Source: Ylistrum balloti (Eukaryota). Taken from it: a DNA stretch of 64,000 nucleotides. The stretch is from contig NW_026782304.1 in the NCBI RefSeq assembly GCF_031769215.1, forward strand, positions 248,001 through 312,000. Reading direction: 5' to 3'. Of the stretch, positions 1 to 12,779 are shown in pieces; within the stretch, counting starts at the first letter, position 1, and each line of letters starts with the position of its first letter. The notes under the pieces are model-generated. The model saw only the letters and a program-made list of their open reading frames with translations, did no database searches and was not told the origin of the DNA. The translations under genes were made by a program, and so were the position numbers.

Positions 1-52
1 AGAGGAGGTAATAAGTCTTGACCCACTGAGTGGAATGCCCTCGTCCCTGCAA

Positions 53-310
53 CATCACGGCATCAACTATTGTCTCCATCGGGAATCGGACCTGAAACAC
101 ACACCTGTAATGTAACATCACGGCATCGACTATTGTCTCCCTCGGGAATCGGACCTGAAATATACACATACTCTATCATCACGCCATCAACTATTGTTTC
201 CCTCGGGAATCGGACCTGAAATACAAATCTATACTGTATCATCACGGCTTCAACTACTGTCTCTCTCGGGAATACACCTATACTTTATCATCACGGCATC
301 AACTGCTATT
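53..310. repeat. Minisatellite, about 5 units of 49-63 bp
   Basis: The unit start catcacg recurs at 53, 116, 177, 240 and 289, with shared core caactattgtctc...cgggaatcggacctgaaa. The ORFs 63-245 and 194-385 are by-products of the repeat. Confidence 0.85.
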
Positions 311-388
311 GGAAGCGCAATCATTACGCTGTACATGATACAAACATATGAAATTTTAACTGAGATTAAAAATGATGTAACATGAGTC

Positions 389-517
389 TCAGTAGAGAGT
401 TTCTTGAAAAGTACAATGATAATAAGACGAGGTGTCAAATAAGGATAAGCGTCTACTTCTACGAGTAACGTTATGTCTACGTATGATAAATGATAAACAA
501 GATAATAAAGTTGGCAT
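389..517 (-). pseudogene. Truncated copy of the first exon of the PAN/C-type lectin gene
   Basis: Bases ~400-507 are near-identical to ~7949-8053. The minus strand reads MPTLLSCLSFIIRRHNVTRRSRRLSLFDTSSYYHCTFQETLY*, and similarity stops before the PAN cysteines. Confidence 0.75.
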
Positions 518-802
518 ATTGATGACAGAAAGTCGAAAATCTTTGATATATTACAAAGACACTGAACATCTCTAAATCATACGTTGAATCATTCGGGAGC
601 ATGAATCTTTCCAACTGTCATCATAATCTGTGTTTAAACCTTGTTCATAGATTTGTTATATGTCAAAGCCTGTCATGACAATAACATCGAAACATCTAAA
701 CAGCATAAGTTATTGAATTATATTCCCTGTAGTTATTCGTTAGAAAAGTCCAAGGTGCGCTGAGATTGTGGTCGATGTTTGTCGACACAAATTCAGACAT
801 AA

Positions 803-1411
803 TTGTGTCAGTGCAATAAAGATATTATTCCAAAGCTTAACTTTGATAAGAAAATTGTAAAATTAAAAAGTTTGAGCAATATGTGGAAAAGACGAAAACT
901 AATTCTTATCAGTAAAGTTCACATTATCAAGTCGCTTATGATATCCAAATTCAACCATTTATTTATTTCACTCCCGAATTCATCTGATAAGATAATAAGA
1001 GAAATCAATAGTTTGTTATTTGAATTTTTATGGGATAGCTAAACAGATTAAAATTAAAAGAAACATTGTGGTTCAAGATTATACTGGTGGAGGCCTAAAA
1101 TGCTCAATTTAAATAGTTTTATCTACTCTCAAAAATTTAGTTGGGTTAAAAGATTATATAATACTGATGGGAAATGGAAGTCTATTCTAAAAGAGTATGT
1201 TGATATTGATATTCTGATTGGTTGTGAATATATCTTGAAATGTATTACCACTTGTAGAAATAATTTTTGGAAGGATGTCTTTAAAATTTGGTACAAATTA
1301 TTTTATTGCAAAGAATTAAAAGAACAACAAGACGAATATTTTTTGACAAAAAAATTGTGGCATAATAAGAATAAAACTGTTGATGGTCAGCCAGTCTTTT
1401 ATAAATCTTGA
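803..1411 (+). mobile_element. Degenerate L1/Tx1-clade non-LTR retrotransposon ORF2 fragment (region C-terminal to RT)
   Basis: Peptides WKRRKLILISKVHIIKSLMISKFNHLFISLP, FEFLW, KIKRNIVVQDYTGGGLK and SQKFSWVKRL match the Tx1/L1 post-RT pattern as I recall it. The frame is broken by a stop and frameshifts near 1040-1100. Confidence 0.8.
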
Positions 1412-1462
1412 TATAGGGTTTTATTCGTTCTCTGTAACACAATGATAAAATAATACAGATAC

Positions 1463-1656
1463 CTGTATGTGCTGCTGAATATCGCGAGTGCCCGCACACC
1501 AAGACGAGGCTGCCCCAGTTGTTCCATTGAAATGTAGCCTTGAGTTTTGAGGACCACATAAACTTCTGTTCGATGTCCATATAGATGAAGCGGAAATTGC
1601 AGAATCCTCCACGCCATAAAGTCCAGACACGAGATACTCCGAACAAACTGTTTGGT
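1463..1656 (-). CDS. Single exon encoding the N-terminal half of an F5/8 type C (discoidin) domain
   Basis: Acceptor ttttag|ac at 1657/1656 and donor cag|gtatct at 1463/1462; 194 nt, phase 1 to 0. Reads QTVCSEYLVSGLYGVEDSAISASSIWTSNRSLCGPQNSRLHFNGTTGAASSWCAGTRDIQQHIQ, with the discoidin hallmarks I-x-ASS, SRL and W-x-A. No partner exons were found in the window. Confidence 0.7.
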
Positions 1657-1810
1657 CTAAAACCAAAGAAAAATGCAATCTTAAACCTTATTGTCCAGTA
1701 TCAAACAAAAAGAAAATAATACAAGCATAGACACGAGGTATTCCGAAAAGGCTTTCGGTTCTAAAGCTTAACAACGCTTAACATCATACAGTCATGATGC
1801 GAGGTATTCT

Positions 1811-2460
1811 GAACAAGAGACCTAATGGCCTTGATGGTCACCTGAGATAAGCAATATTGAATGTAAAGATTAAAAGGTAAGTTGCTTTCAAGTGTCACGA
1901 AAGAGAACTTGCGACATTTATGATAGTCACATCAACACTATCAAGCCGCCATACTGTAGTAATAATTCTTTACAAAGTTATTTCCAAGGGTAAATAAACA
2001 ACGTTATGCTCAAAAATGTAATTTTGCTATCAAATTATATCAAAGTGTATCTCCTCCCCAGGAAAAGGATTTTTAAAATCTGAGTCAGCCAGGATCAATA
2101 TGTGCAGACCATTAAGCCATCAGTCTTTGTTCATAATTCTGATCAATTTTGAAGCATTTCCAATGGAAATTAAACCAAATTATTGTTGAAAAATATTTTT
2201 TTATATAAAAACGATAGTAAACTCCCGAGGGGAAATATATGAGACATTGAGACCATGGAATTCACAACTATTTTAATCACCTTAAATCCTTCCATTCACG
2301 AAGAGCATTTTATTTTACCATATACTGGTGGTGCGAAGAAGACTCTTGAGATTTGAGTCAATTTGAAGCCCTTGTGGAGTAGGAGGACCATATAATTTAC
2401 TATTTTGGTTCGTCTTAGATCGGGAAAGTTTTCAGATAACCTATCAATCTAACTGTATAG
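1811..2460 (+). mobile_element. Helentron/Helitron-N-like non-autonomous element, family with AACAAGAG...GGCC...CACCTGAG terminus
   Basis: Terminus gaacaagagacctaatggccttgatggtcacctgag. Internal sequence (ttccaatggaaattaaac, ccatggaattcaca, gagtcaatttga) recurs at ~8530-9250, ~44330-44640 and ~62150-62330. A second terminus lies at ~60867-60903. The right boundary is approximate. Confidence 0.6.
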
Positions 2461-4130
2461 CGATGTACTAAAACATCTATCTCGTGCAAAACAAAGCAAA
2501 TATGTTTAAAAAAAACTTATCTTCAAAAAGGCTTTCTCGTCTGAAGGAAACTAGAGTCACTGAAACAATAACAACAAAGACATGAGGTACTCTGAACAGA
2601 TTGTCTGATCTTAAAGGTAAGATACATGATTAAACCCTTACCACCAAGGCGAGAAACACTGGTAGTCAAACCTAAAAACATCTGTCAGAAGAATCTTCGA
2701 TCGGGGGAAATACCCATGAAAAGAAATGTTTGTTAAAGGAAAAGTTAATGGTGAAATAGTCCAACGTCAGGATGAGACGGACAAAAGCAAAGAGTTTATA
2801 TAGCTACAAATTATAATTGTTCTGATATCGAAAGGATTGGAAATAATTTTTAAAAGACTGAACAAGACAAGCATTACACGGAGGCAAATATTATGTTATA
2901 TAAAACTAGTTCCATTTAACATCCCAGATACTGCATTGGTTATGGAGGGGAAAAGTTATGTAAAATACTTCCTCTTATAATCCCTTATACTGTATAAGTT
3001 ATGGAAGAGAAAATGATATGTCAACTGATTCAACTTAACATACCAGATACTGTATATGTTATGATAGAAAATGTTATTTCAACTAGTTCTACTCAACCAT
3101 TCGTCTCGAATATTCCTCAAATGTATTTGACATATATGAACTTACCCGAAACAGTCTGACAAAATTTCCACCAAATCATCACAAATTCAGCAAAAAGACG
3201 GAATTTTTCCATCTTAAAACTCATCTTTTTTCATCAGCACAGCCTCAAATAATCACAGCGTGCGAAGTCCTATATATATATGGTTCAAAGACCGCATCTT
3301 CCAACCAACCTTATCTATTTTTTATGAAAAGGATGGATGTCGATATTGTCAATCACATTATGTTTCGGTAAATTATGGTGTAGAGATGATGTTAATGATG
3401 CGTGTAAAATCAGTATTGTCACGAAAGTGAAAAAAAATCTTAAAAAACCTGCCCTGTACACTCATTTAAAACGTAATCATGCTTACCTAAAATATTTATC
3501 AATATTTATGATAGGAATAACAAGTTCTTTTACATAGAACTAGATATTTTTATATCTGAACATTGCATATTTCTCAACTTCTCTGTTTTCACTACATTAA
3601 CCACCCCACGTTATACATATTATGTAAAATGAATTGTTGGAGCTATGTTTGACTGAAAGTTCCAATTGATTCAATTGTGACGTCATAACCCTATAATTGA
3701 ATGCATTGTGACTTCACCCAAGAAATTGATATATCAATAATTTACAATTGGTATCCGTCTAATACATGATGTTATCGCGAAATATTTACAAATGGTATTA
3801 GAAAACTCTTGACAATTCTATATATCTGACAATTTCTTTCCTGTATTTATCTTGCTGATTTCTTAACGACACTAGACAGGAAATAGGGATTGGAAATAAT
3901 CGTTACATCGCAGGTTCAATACGACATAAAACAATGATTTAACTCATCAGACTCTGACACGAGCTTTGCTAACGTAAAGTCATGATATTCTCATTGTTGC
4001 TGTCAAATTTATCTCATTCTGAGAATCTGAAAATGAAAATTCACCTTCATTAAGATTGAAAACTACTTTTCACAAATAAGAAGCAATTGGTTCATGTAAG
4101 ACATCGACGGTATCAAAAAAGGTAAGATAA
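1854..4130. repeat. Segmental duplication, copy A (paralogous to ~8524-11640)
   Basis: Collinear matching blocks: 1861-2660 with 8531-9430, 2761-3330 with 9981-10690, ~3380-3500 with ~10740-10860, and 3880-4130 with 11390-11640. Confidence 0.8.
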
Positions 4131-6247
4131 ATCAAACTATTACGTTAAAGAAGATACAGCACAAATCAATTAAATCGACTGGGTAACTTTCGCCTTCAAT
4201 ACAATTGGAAACTACTAATATGTAACCTACGCAAAGATTATGGGAAATAAATGGATGCGGAGTCCGCTTCTGTTAAGGTTTATTATTGGAGTTAAAAGCA
4301 AATTTTCTGAACTTGTAAATATTGTGGAATCTTAATTCCATGTATGAACTTTTACTTCATTGTTAACCTGTATCTGATCATTGGTAAATTGGTAAGATAA
4401 GTACATATATATTATACTTCAAATGTAGAAAAAAAACTCTCAATTGTCTAATACCGATTTTCGAAATTGTAGGGCTTTCGTCGCTATTCGCAAATTTCAT
4501 CGATTGGTTACACAAATTAATTTAAATAAGGATTGAAGAACTTCCATCGCCATAGTTTGTTGGAATTATCTCCGGTGACTGGTTGACACTCATCAATATG
4601 TTATTAAAGATGGTAAAGAATCTCTTTAAACTAATCGGTAATAGTAAAATATCGATTTGCTGAAGTATTAATGTGTTCTGCTTAACTTCACACCTGTTGT
4701 AGACTGACCATCCATGCAAACAAAACAAACACACTTTTATATTGACTCTTATATATTGATTGCCGGGAGATAAACGACCAGGTATGATAAAAATGTCTTG
4801 GAAGTAATGTAATTTCAAATCAATCTCTTACTGTCAAATTACTTAAAACGTAATGAATGATATAATTTATTGCCCCAAACAGGAAATGATGGAATATCTT
4901 TATACAAGATTTTTATTATTGTGTTTAATATATTTATACAATAGCATATCCTACAAGAACGAGTAGAAGAAATGCACTCATACCTGAAAAGAATAGGAAT
5001 AGAATTCTGGAACGATATGACATTTTGGCTACGATATTTAAAGACAGATTCTGTTGACGAAATAGTTACATAGGTTATGCTAATTGACTATTCAACCAGT
5101 GTTGATTAACTTAAGAAGCTTAACCTGAAAGTTCAATTATTGACGATAACAATATAGAACTTTAATTCTACATAAAACATTTACATGAAATAATCATTTC
5201 CATTTGTTACATGTTTGGTGACTTTTTTCTTAAAAAGTACCCGACCATGATATTCTAACTTTGCTGATTGAAGACCAATTCTTAACGTCAGCCAAATATT
5301 CTAATTTGTTAATCAGTTCATGAAACGAAATAGCTGTTTCGTCCTTCTAGGATTTGTCAGTAATGCTAAAGGCTTAAATCTAGACTAGGGGTTCCACTAG
5401 ACGAAATTAAAAATAAAAAATCATATATCAGATAATTCAGAACAACGTCAAGCACATATGTATATTCTGAAACGTGTCATTATTCGAAAGGATTAAAACA
5501 CGAGGTGCAGGTTACGACAAACAGGTCCTCTACTACCTGCTACCATAAAAGATAACATCTTTTGAAGTAACCCAATTGGCATACCGGAACCAGACATATT
5601 TAATTATCATTAAACGCGTTTTAACTTGTTTTTTATTTTAGCTGCAAAGGATAATTGTTGAAATTTTAAGAGAATAGGAAGTTACTTTTAAAAGATTGAA
5701 CAAGACAAGCATCAAACAAAACCAAATATATAAGTAGAACAAGATTTATAGCGTATATTGTTTTATTTTCAAGAGAATAAGCCAAGTTAGTTTCATATAA
5801 ACATATCGATAACAATATACATGTCCATATACTCAAACTACATACACATCGTTGTTTTTTAATTGGTGTGAATAGAAATTATACTTATATACTGATTAAC
5901 AACTGATATCAACTAACATCAATGTACTGTAATTATTCAGAAATGAAAGCACAAGTCTAACAGTAATATTGCACATATACAAAAATATTCCAAACTGGTG
6001 ATTACGATCAAGAGAGTGTTTAGGGATGCCAACAACTGAGTGATTAATATTCTTTAAAGCTGGACATTATACGAACAAAATAACTAATAATTTATAATGT
6101 CCCTACTACATAGATGTTAATTACGATGATTGTGAAGCAGACCAGAGAAAATTAGAACTAGCGACAGATTCAGTTTTCTTTTCCGGAACATCATATATAT
6201 GCAATTCCATTGCTGATGTGATCTTTCATCTGATTACTGTTGGTTCA

Positions 6248-8058
6248 CTAAAACCATCCACATAGAGAGAAAAGTCTCTCCGAACACTTCTCACTTGTGA
6301 GACCATTCCGTGTCAGCACGACACAGTGACCTTGACTTGGGTCAGGGTTGCCAGGAGACCAGAGGGCGCTGTTAATCATTTCACCGTCACTGTACTGCCA
6401 TCGGTTTGACATGTACATTCCGGACACGAACAACTGGAAGAGGTATTTGGCTAAAAATAAATACGGGAAAATGTGTTATGCGTCATTATTCTGATTATAA
6501 CTTTAGTAGTCAATATGTTAGATTTGTGTTATCAATTGACTGACCATTACATGCTTACCTCTAAGTACTCATTATGTTTAGTTTGTTAACATTCAAGGTT
6601 TAATCAAAGGTTATGGGCATTTTAGGACGGTCTCTGTGCAAGGTAAGTGCGTTTGTTCAGTGGTTTTAGGAGACTACTACATGTTGTTTATTTGTTACGC
6701 CATCAAAACATTGAGATATCATTAATTATTTTTAAAAGTCTCGGCCAACTCATGAGACAGAACCTACAGCCTTCTTCACATAAATGAATGCTCAAAAATT
6801 GGACAAAAGACACAAGTGAATAGATCTTTTGATAATTTAGAGTTAGATACAGAAGAATCAAACAATGTTTTGAACTACATCATATAGCTGTTTCGTCATT
6901 CTAGGACTCGTTAGTGATGCTAAAGGCCTACATTTTGAAGTTTAGGATGCGACTAAGGAAAATCGATTAGATACAGAAGAGCCAAGAATAGATAGTATGG
7001 GTTTGTGCATCTATTGTAAATTTGGATGATGCATCCAGGGTTTTAACACTATGGAGAAACTAAAACTAAATCCTATCATTTAATACCCAGTATATGCATA
7101 AACAAGCAATTGAAGTGCAAAATAGACACAATGTTTAGCTAGCCTCAGAGTGATTGATGTGATGTTGTATTTGTGTGTCATGATTATTCCAGTCAATGTA
7201 TCATGCAACGCACCCACATCTACACAATATAACACACTCATCATCTGATACCATCCCAACCAACACACAGGCTGTCGGTTGTTATCCGAAGCACTCTTCT
7301 CCAAACATGTTTTAGTTGTCATCCTATTGGTCAATCAAAAGAAGTAATGACACGTTCCCAAATAAGAACGCAAATATAGAAATATCGTTATCCTTAAACT
7401 CACACATTCTCGCATCTATCTATTTACCTATTATTCCAAATACTCTCTGAGGCTTTGATCTTTCCCAGTATCGTGTTTCCAGCGACGATGGTCTGCAGAC
7501 TCAACATGTCGGACTTGGAGTCGATCCTGACCAGCTGTGAGTGTTGTTGGATACACATATCGGAAGCACTTGTCTGGTTCAGGCTGACTTCGTTCACTCT
7601 GTAAATAAGGCCTCCTTTCTTGATTTGACGGTAGCCAAGCGATGTGAATATTCCTGAAAAGAAAGTCGTACCTGAAGAGTTATGTCATCTTATCACCAAG
7701 CTCAGAGAAAATGCTTCCTGAAACCTTAAAAATGACCGAAGGTTAAAAAGATAGATTCTACGTTCATTCCCGGAAATTCATATTACTAAACAAGCTACTC
7801 ATACCTTTTTTTCACGAAAATTGATGTCAGTCCGGCAGAGAAAGCTGTGTGTATGGCAGGTACTGATGGATATCCACTACAATTTCTCTGGCTTCTGTCA
7901 AAACTGAAGCAAAAACATTTCTTGTCCTTGTGACATTGCTTACCGCACTCTTGAAAAGTACAATGATAATAAGACGAGGTGTCAAGGAAGGATAAGCGTC
8001 TTCTTCTACGAGTAACGTTATGTCTACGTATGATAAATGATAAACAAGATAATACCAT
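6248..8058 (-). CDS. PAN/apple + C-type lectin domain protein; 3 exons with a one-base phase conflict (pseudogene or assembly error)
   Basis: Exon 1 is 8058-7805 (CGKQCHKDKKCFCFSFDRSQRNC, PAN-like). Exon 2 is 7653-7444 (LGYRQIKKGGLIYRVNEVSLNQTSASDMCIQQHSQLVRIDS, CTL N-half). Exon 3 is 6450-6248 (WQYSDG...LWSPGNPDPSQGHCVVL...EKCSERLFSLC*, CTL C-half). Exon 2/3 phases match (1-1), but exon 1 ends in phase 2 after an A7 run while exon 2 needs phase 1. The start codon is uncertain. Confidence 0.7.
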
Positions 8059-8344
8059 AATTGTTATGCTTCGATTATTTGTTATAATTGTTTCTGAGTT
8101 GCACAATCATCATTTTGCGGTTAAATACTGAGTGCATCGCAACGAATTTCTGTGTGAATTCAATAGTTCATGTGGTTTAATCGAGTAGTCCCAGTTTGCA
8201 CTAGTAGTATGTAGAAAGTCGAAGATCTATAAAATATACAGTGCGATCTTCTTTATTTATACTAATTGAAAATGACTTCAGACTTTAGGTTTACGCAATT
8301 GTTGCTAAATAAATAAAGCTTATTATTAACCAATAGTCACAACT

Positions 8345-8525
8345 CATCCGTTTGAAATGGTGTTGATTGACTATGTCCATCTCGAGAAGTCTAAAGGGGG
8401 ATATGAGTACATACTTGTATTAGTCGATCACTTCACAAAATTCGCACAAGCATATCCAACAACATATAAATCAGGAAAAACTGCAGCCGCGAAAATCTTT
8501 GATGACTTCATTTTTCGCTTTGTAA
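8345..8525 (+). mobile_element. Ty3/Gypsy LTR retrotransposon integrase (rve) fragment
   Basis: [59 protein letters not shown] matches the start of the Gypsy integrase catalytic core. It is only about 60 codons and has no LTRs. Confidence 0.85.
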
Positions 8526-11500
8526 TACTGAATATAAAGATAAAAAGGTAAGTTGCTTTCAAGTGTCACGAAAGAGAACTTGCGACATTTATGATAGTCA
8601 CATCAACACCATCAAAACCGCCATACTGTAGTAATAATTCTTTACAAAGTTATTTCCAAGGGTAAATAAACACCGTTATGCTCAAAAATGCAATTTTGCT
8701 GTAAAAATATATCAAAGTGTATCTCCTCCCCAGGATATGTGAGATCAATAAAGGAAAAACACAACAAGACGCTTCCATCAATTTGATTCTATAATATCTG
8801 AGTGATGAGGAAAGGATTCTTGAAATCTGAATCAACTTCGCCTCTTTTGGCACTACCTATCATTCCCTGGGGATCAGCCAAGATCAATATGTGCATACCA
8901 TCAAGCCGTCAGCCTATCTTCATAATTATGATCAAGTTTGAAGTATTTCCAATGGAAATTAAACAAATTATGCTCAAAAATACTTTTCTTATAAAAAAAA
9001 CTATAATAAACTTTAACCAGACCCTGAGGCCATGAAATTCACAACTATTGTAAATCACCTTCAGATCTTTCCTTTTATGAAGAACATTTGATCCCACCAT
9101 ATACTGGTGTTGAGAAGAATACACGTGAGATTTGAGTCAATTTGAGGCTCCTGTGGGGTGGGAGGAACCATATACTTGACTATTTTTGTTCGTCTTAGAT
9201 CGGAAAAGTTTTCAGGTAACCTATCAATCTAACTGTATAGCAATGTACTTAAACCTCTATCTCGTGCAAAACAAAGCAAATATTGCTTAAAAAACTTATC
9301 TTCAAAAAGGCTTTCTCGTCTGAAGGAAACAAGCGTCACTAAAACAATAACAACAAAGACATGAGGTACTCTGAACAGATTGTCTGATCTAAAAGGTAAG
9401 AAACATAATTAAACCCATGCCACCAAGGCTTCTGTCAGAAGAATCTTCCAATAATCGATCCAGCCGTAAACACGACCGAAAAACGACATCTACTGTCCAA
9501 CAGAGTCGGATAATAGAAACCTTCAATTAATGTTAAATTATCTCCTCTAAATAAAATATTACGAAGAGAAAATGTCGCGAACTCCACTTCCACTTAGTAT
9601 TCCAGATACTGTTTATGTTATGGAGAGTGAAAATGTTATGTAAACTAGTTCCACCCAACAATGGTTATGGTTAAACACCATTTAACCAGTGTTAATTAAC
9701 TTACGAGGTTTCTCCTGAAAGTTCTTATTTGACGATACGTTTGTTTCTACCAGGGCTTTTTTTTGTGACATGTTTTTTGTTCAAGGCATCCGATCATGAT
9801 ATAAAAACTTTGCCGATTGAAGACCAACTCTTCACGTCAACCAAATTTGGTCTGATTTGTTCATCAGTGCATGAAACATCAATATAAAACTGTAGAAGCA
9901 GTTATCAGAGATAGTACGATCGGGGGAAATACCCATGGAAAGAAATGTTTGTTAAAAGAAAAGTTAAGGGTGAAATAAACTAACGTCAGGATGAGACGGA
10001 CAAAAGCAATGAGTAAGCATGAAGGAACTAGTGCACAGAAGTCAGAAAATGTTGACGTTGTCTTGCCTTGATGAGTTACGCTGGAAGTAACCCAATCGGA
10101 ACCGGCCATATCTAAACATCATATAAGTTTATATAGCTACAAATTATACTTGTTCGAATATCGAAAGGATGGGGAATAATCTTTAAAAGACTGAACAAGA
10201 CAAGCATCATACCGAGGCAAATATTATGCTTTATAAAACTAGTTCCATTTAACATTCCAGATACTGTATATGTTATGGAGGGGAAAAGTTATGTAAACTA
10301 CTTTCTCTTATAATCCCTCATACTGTTTAAGTTACGAAGAGAAAATGTTATGTCAACTGATACAACTTAACATACCAGATACTGTATATGTTATGATAGA
10401 AAATGTTATGTAAACTAGCTCCACCCAACTATTCGTCTCGAATATTCCTCAAATGTATTTCACATATTTGAACTAACCTGAAACAGTCTGACAAATTTTC
10501 CACCAAACCATCAATAATTCAGCAAAAAAAAGGGATTATTTTCATTTTATCATCCATCCTTCCTCCTCAGTGGAGTCTCAAATAATTACAGCGGGCAAAG
10601 TTTTATCGGATTTCTTACCTGAACGTGTCAGGTAGTTCAGAAAGACGCCTCCCGACCAACTCTATCTATTTTTCATAAGACGGATATGGTCTATGACTGT
10701 TATTAATGACATGTTTTAAGGATATTTTCATTTCATATATGATTTTAATGATGCGTGTCAAATAACAAAATTGGAAGCAAAAGAAATCAATATTATATAA
10801 CACGCCCCGTTATCTCATGAATAAGGGATAATTTTCATAAGGTTTACCAAAAATGTATATCAACATTTATTAAAGAAATGAGTCATTGAAAATTTGCGAG
10901 CGTATACTTTTTTGTATTTGTGATCATTGTTTATTACCTAACTAAATTATGTGGAAAACAGAATCTTACAAACGTTTCCATTTCATCTGAATTTTCGAAA
11001 AAAAAAAAATTTAAGATCCTCTAAATGCGATAGATTCATTCAGCGAGTCTTGCAGAATATATATTTTTCGATTATTTCATAACGAAAGTGTCATCCACAA
11101 TAATGATAGGATTAGATAGAAAAAGGGGTGATTAGGTACGATAAAGAAAGACAATATAACTGATCAGACTCTAGGAAAATGGGAGATAACTTATACATCA
11201 GTGGTTCGATACGACATAGAACGATGATATAGCTGATCAAACACAAAGAAGAAGGGAGATAACTGCTACATCAGTGGTGCGATACGACATAGAACAATGA
11301 TATAGCTGATCAGACTTAAGGAAAGGGGAGACAACTATTACATCAATGGTTCGGTACGACATAGAACGACGATTTAGCTGCTCATACTCTAGGAAAAGGG
11401 GAGACAACTGATACATCATTGGTTTGATACGACATAGACAGTGATATGGCTAATCAGACTCTGATACAGGGCTTTGTTAACGTAAAGTCTGATGCTGTCA

Positions 11501-11640
11501 TTGTTATCGTCATATCTATCTCATTCTGAGAATCTTAAAACGAAATTTCATCTTTTGTGAGATTGAAAACTACCTATTTCATATCAGAACCAATTATTTT
11601 CATCAAAGTCATCGACGATAGCAACCTTAAAAATAAAACA
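8524..11640. repeat. Segmental duplication, copy B, upstream of the PAN/CTL gene
   Basis: Collinear with 1854-4130, with extra insertions (for example ~10010-10125 and the 73-bp array). Confidence 0.8.
11137..11470. repeat. 73-bp minisatellite, about 4.5 copies
   Basis: The unit start tacga recurs at 11137, 11210, 11283, 11355 and 11428. Confidence 0.85.
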
Positions 11641-12779
11641 AATTATGTAGTGAAAGAGAATACAACATAGGTTTATCAAATCGAAATTGCAAATAAAAGA
11701 ATACTACGTAATGTTCGCTTTAAATGAGAATGAATACTACATTTACCCCAACTTATCTCAAATTAATGAAGTGGAACAATAGTCATCATGTTGCTATAAT
11801 TGAAAACAAAGGGGTATGTATACAAGAAGCTTGATGAGACACTAAGCCATAGAACTTGAAGCTGGGGTTTGCTTTTGAGTTGAGGGTTGTGTATCAGAGC
11901 TGAAGAGTTAGAAGCAAATCTTAACTGGATTTTAAATTTGACTTATAGATATCATTAAAATATTTTATCGATCGACAACACACATTTAATTAAACTCAGT
12001 ATTGAAAAATTTCATTTGCCGTTCACACACTTAATTAATGTGAATATCGCGCAGTTTAATAATATCAGTACTTTCTAAGACTAATATCGCCTTTTGCAAA
12101 ATTTTGACCAGGATTGTAGAAATTTCATCGCCTGTTGAAGTATTCTACTTAACAGCATATTCTTTTGCTTTTTTAAAAAAGAAGAAGAATTCACTGGTTG
12201 TTTTGTTTGTTCATCTGATACAAAAATAACAATAATACAATGGAGACCTGGTAATACAACCTGAATTCATACCGGAAGTCGATGAAACAAAGACAACATA
12301 TGAACAAAAGCGTAAAAGGGAGAGCACGTCATTGGATAAACGACATGATAACTTCATAGATTGGGGAAGCAAATTTTTTGCCTTCTAGATAGGGAAAGTG
12401 GATATTAGGGAAATTGAAAGCAACACATTACCATTCATCGTGTGTTGAGTATTCGGTAAACATGAAATCAGCGGTTGGCTTGGAAGAGTGTCCTTGATTC
12501 CCGATGTATTTGCGATTGACAAAGACAAAGAAATCTCTGTTTTTAAAGATAAGAAGTATATGAAGGTATAGAAGAAACTTAGAATGTACATGAATGGATA
12601 GGCGTAGTGTACGATCTGTAAGAGACTAGTCAATCAAACGTTACAGAGTCTTAACTGTTAATGTCTATGATTATATCATTATAATTGTTGAATTCAATTT
12701 GGCCATTATGATATATATCTAATGTTAAGGCTGCTGGACATTCAGTAATGGCAAGCCGTTTTGATATTAAATCATAGAT

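Noticed and set aside
4522-4818. 98-aa minus-strand ORF, and a plus-strand IDCREINDQ|GT hint of a fibrinogen-like exon
   Set aside because: No recognisable domain, non-ATG start, and no convincing acceptor or partner exons.
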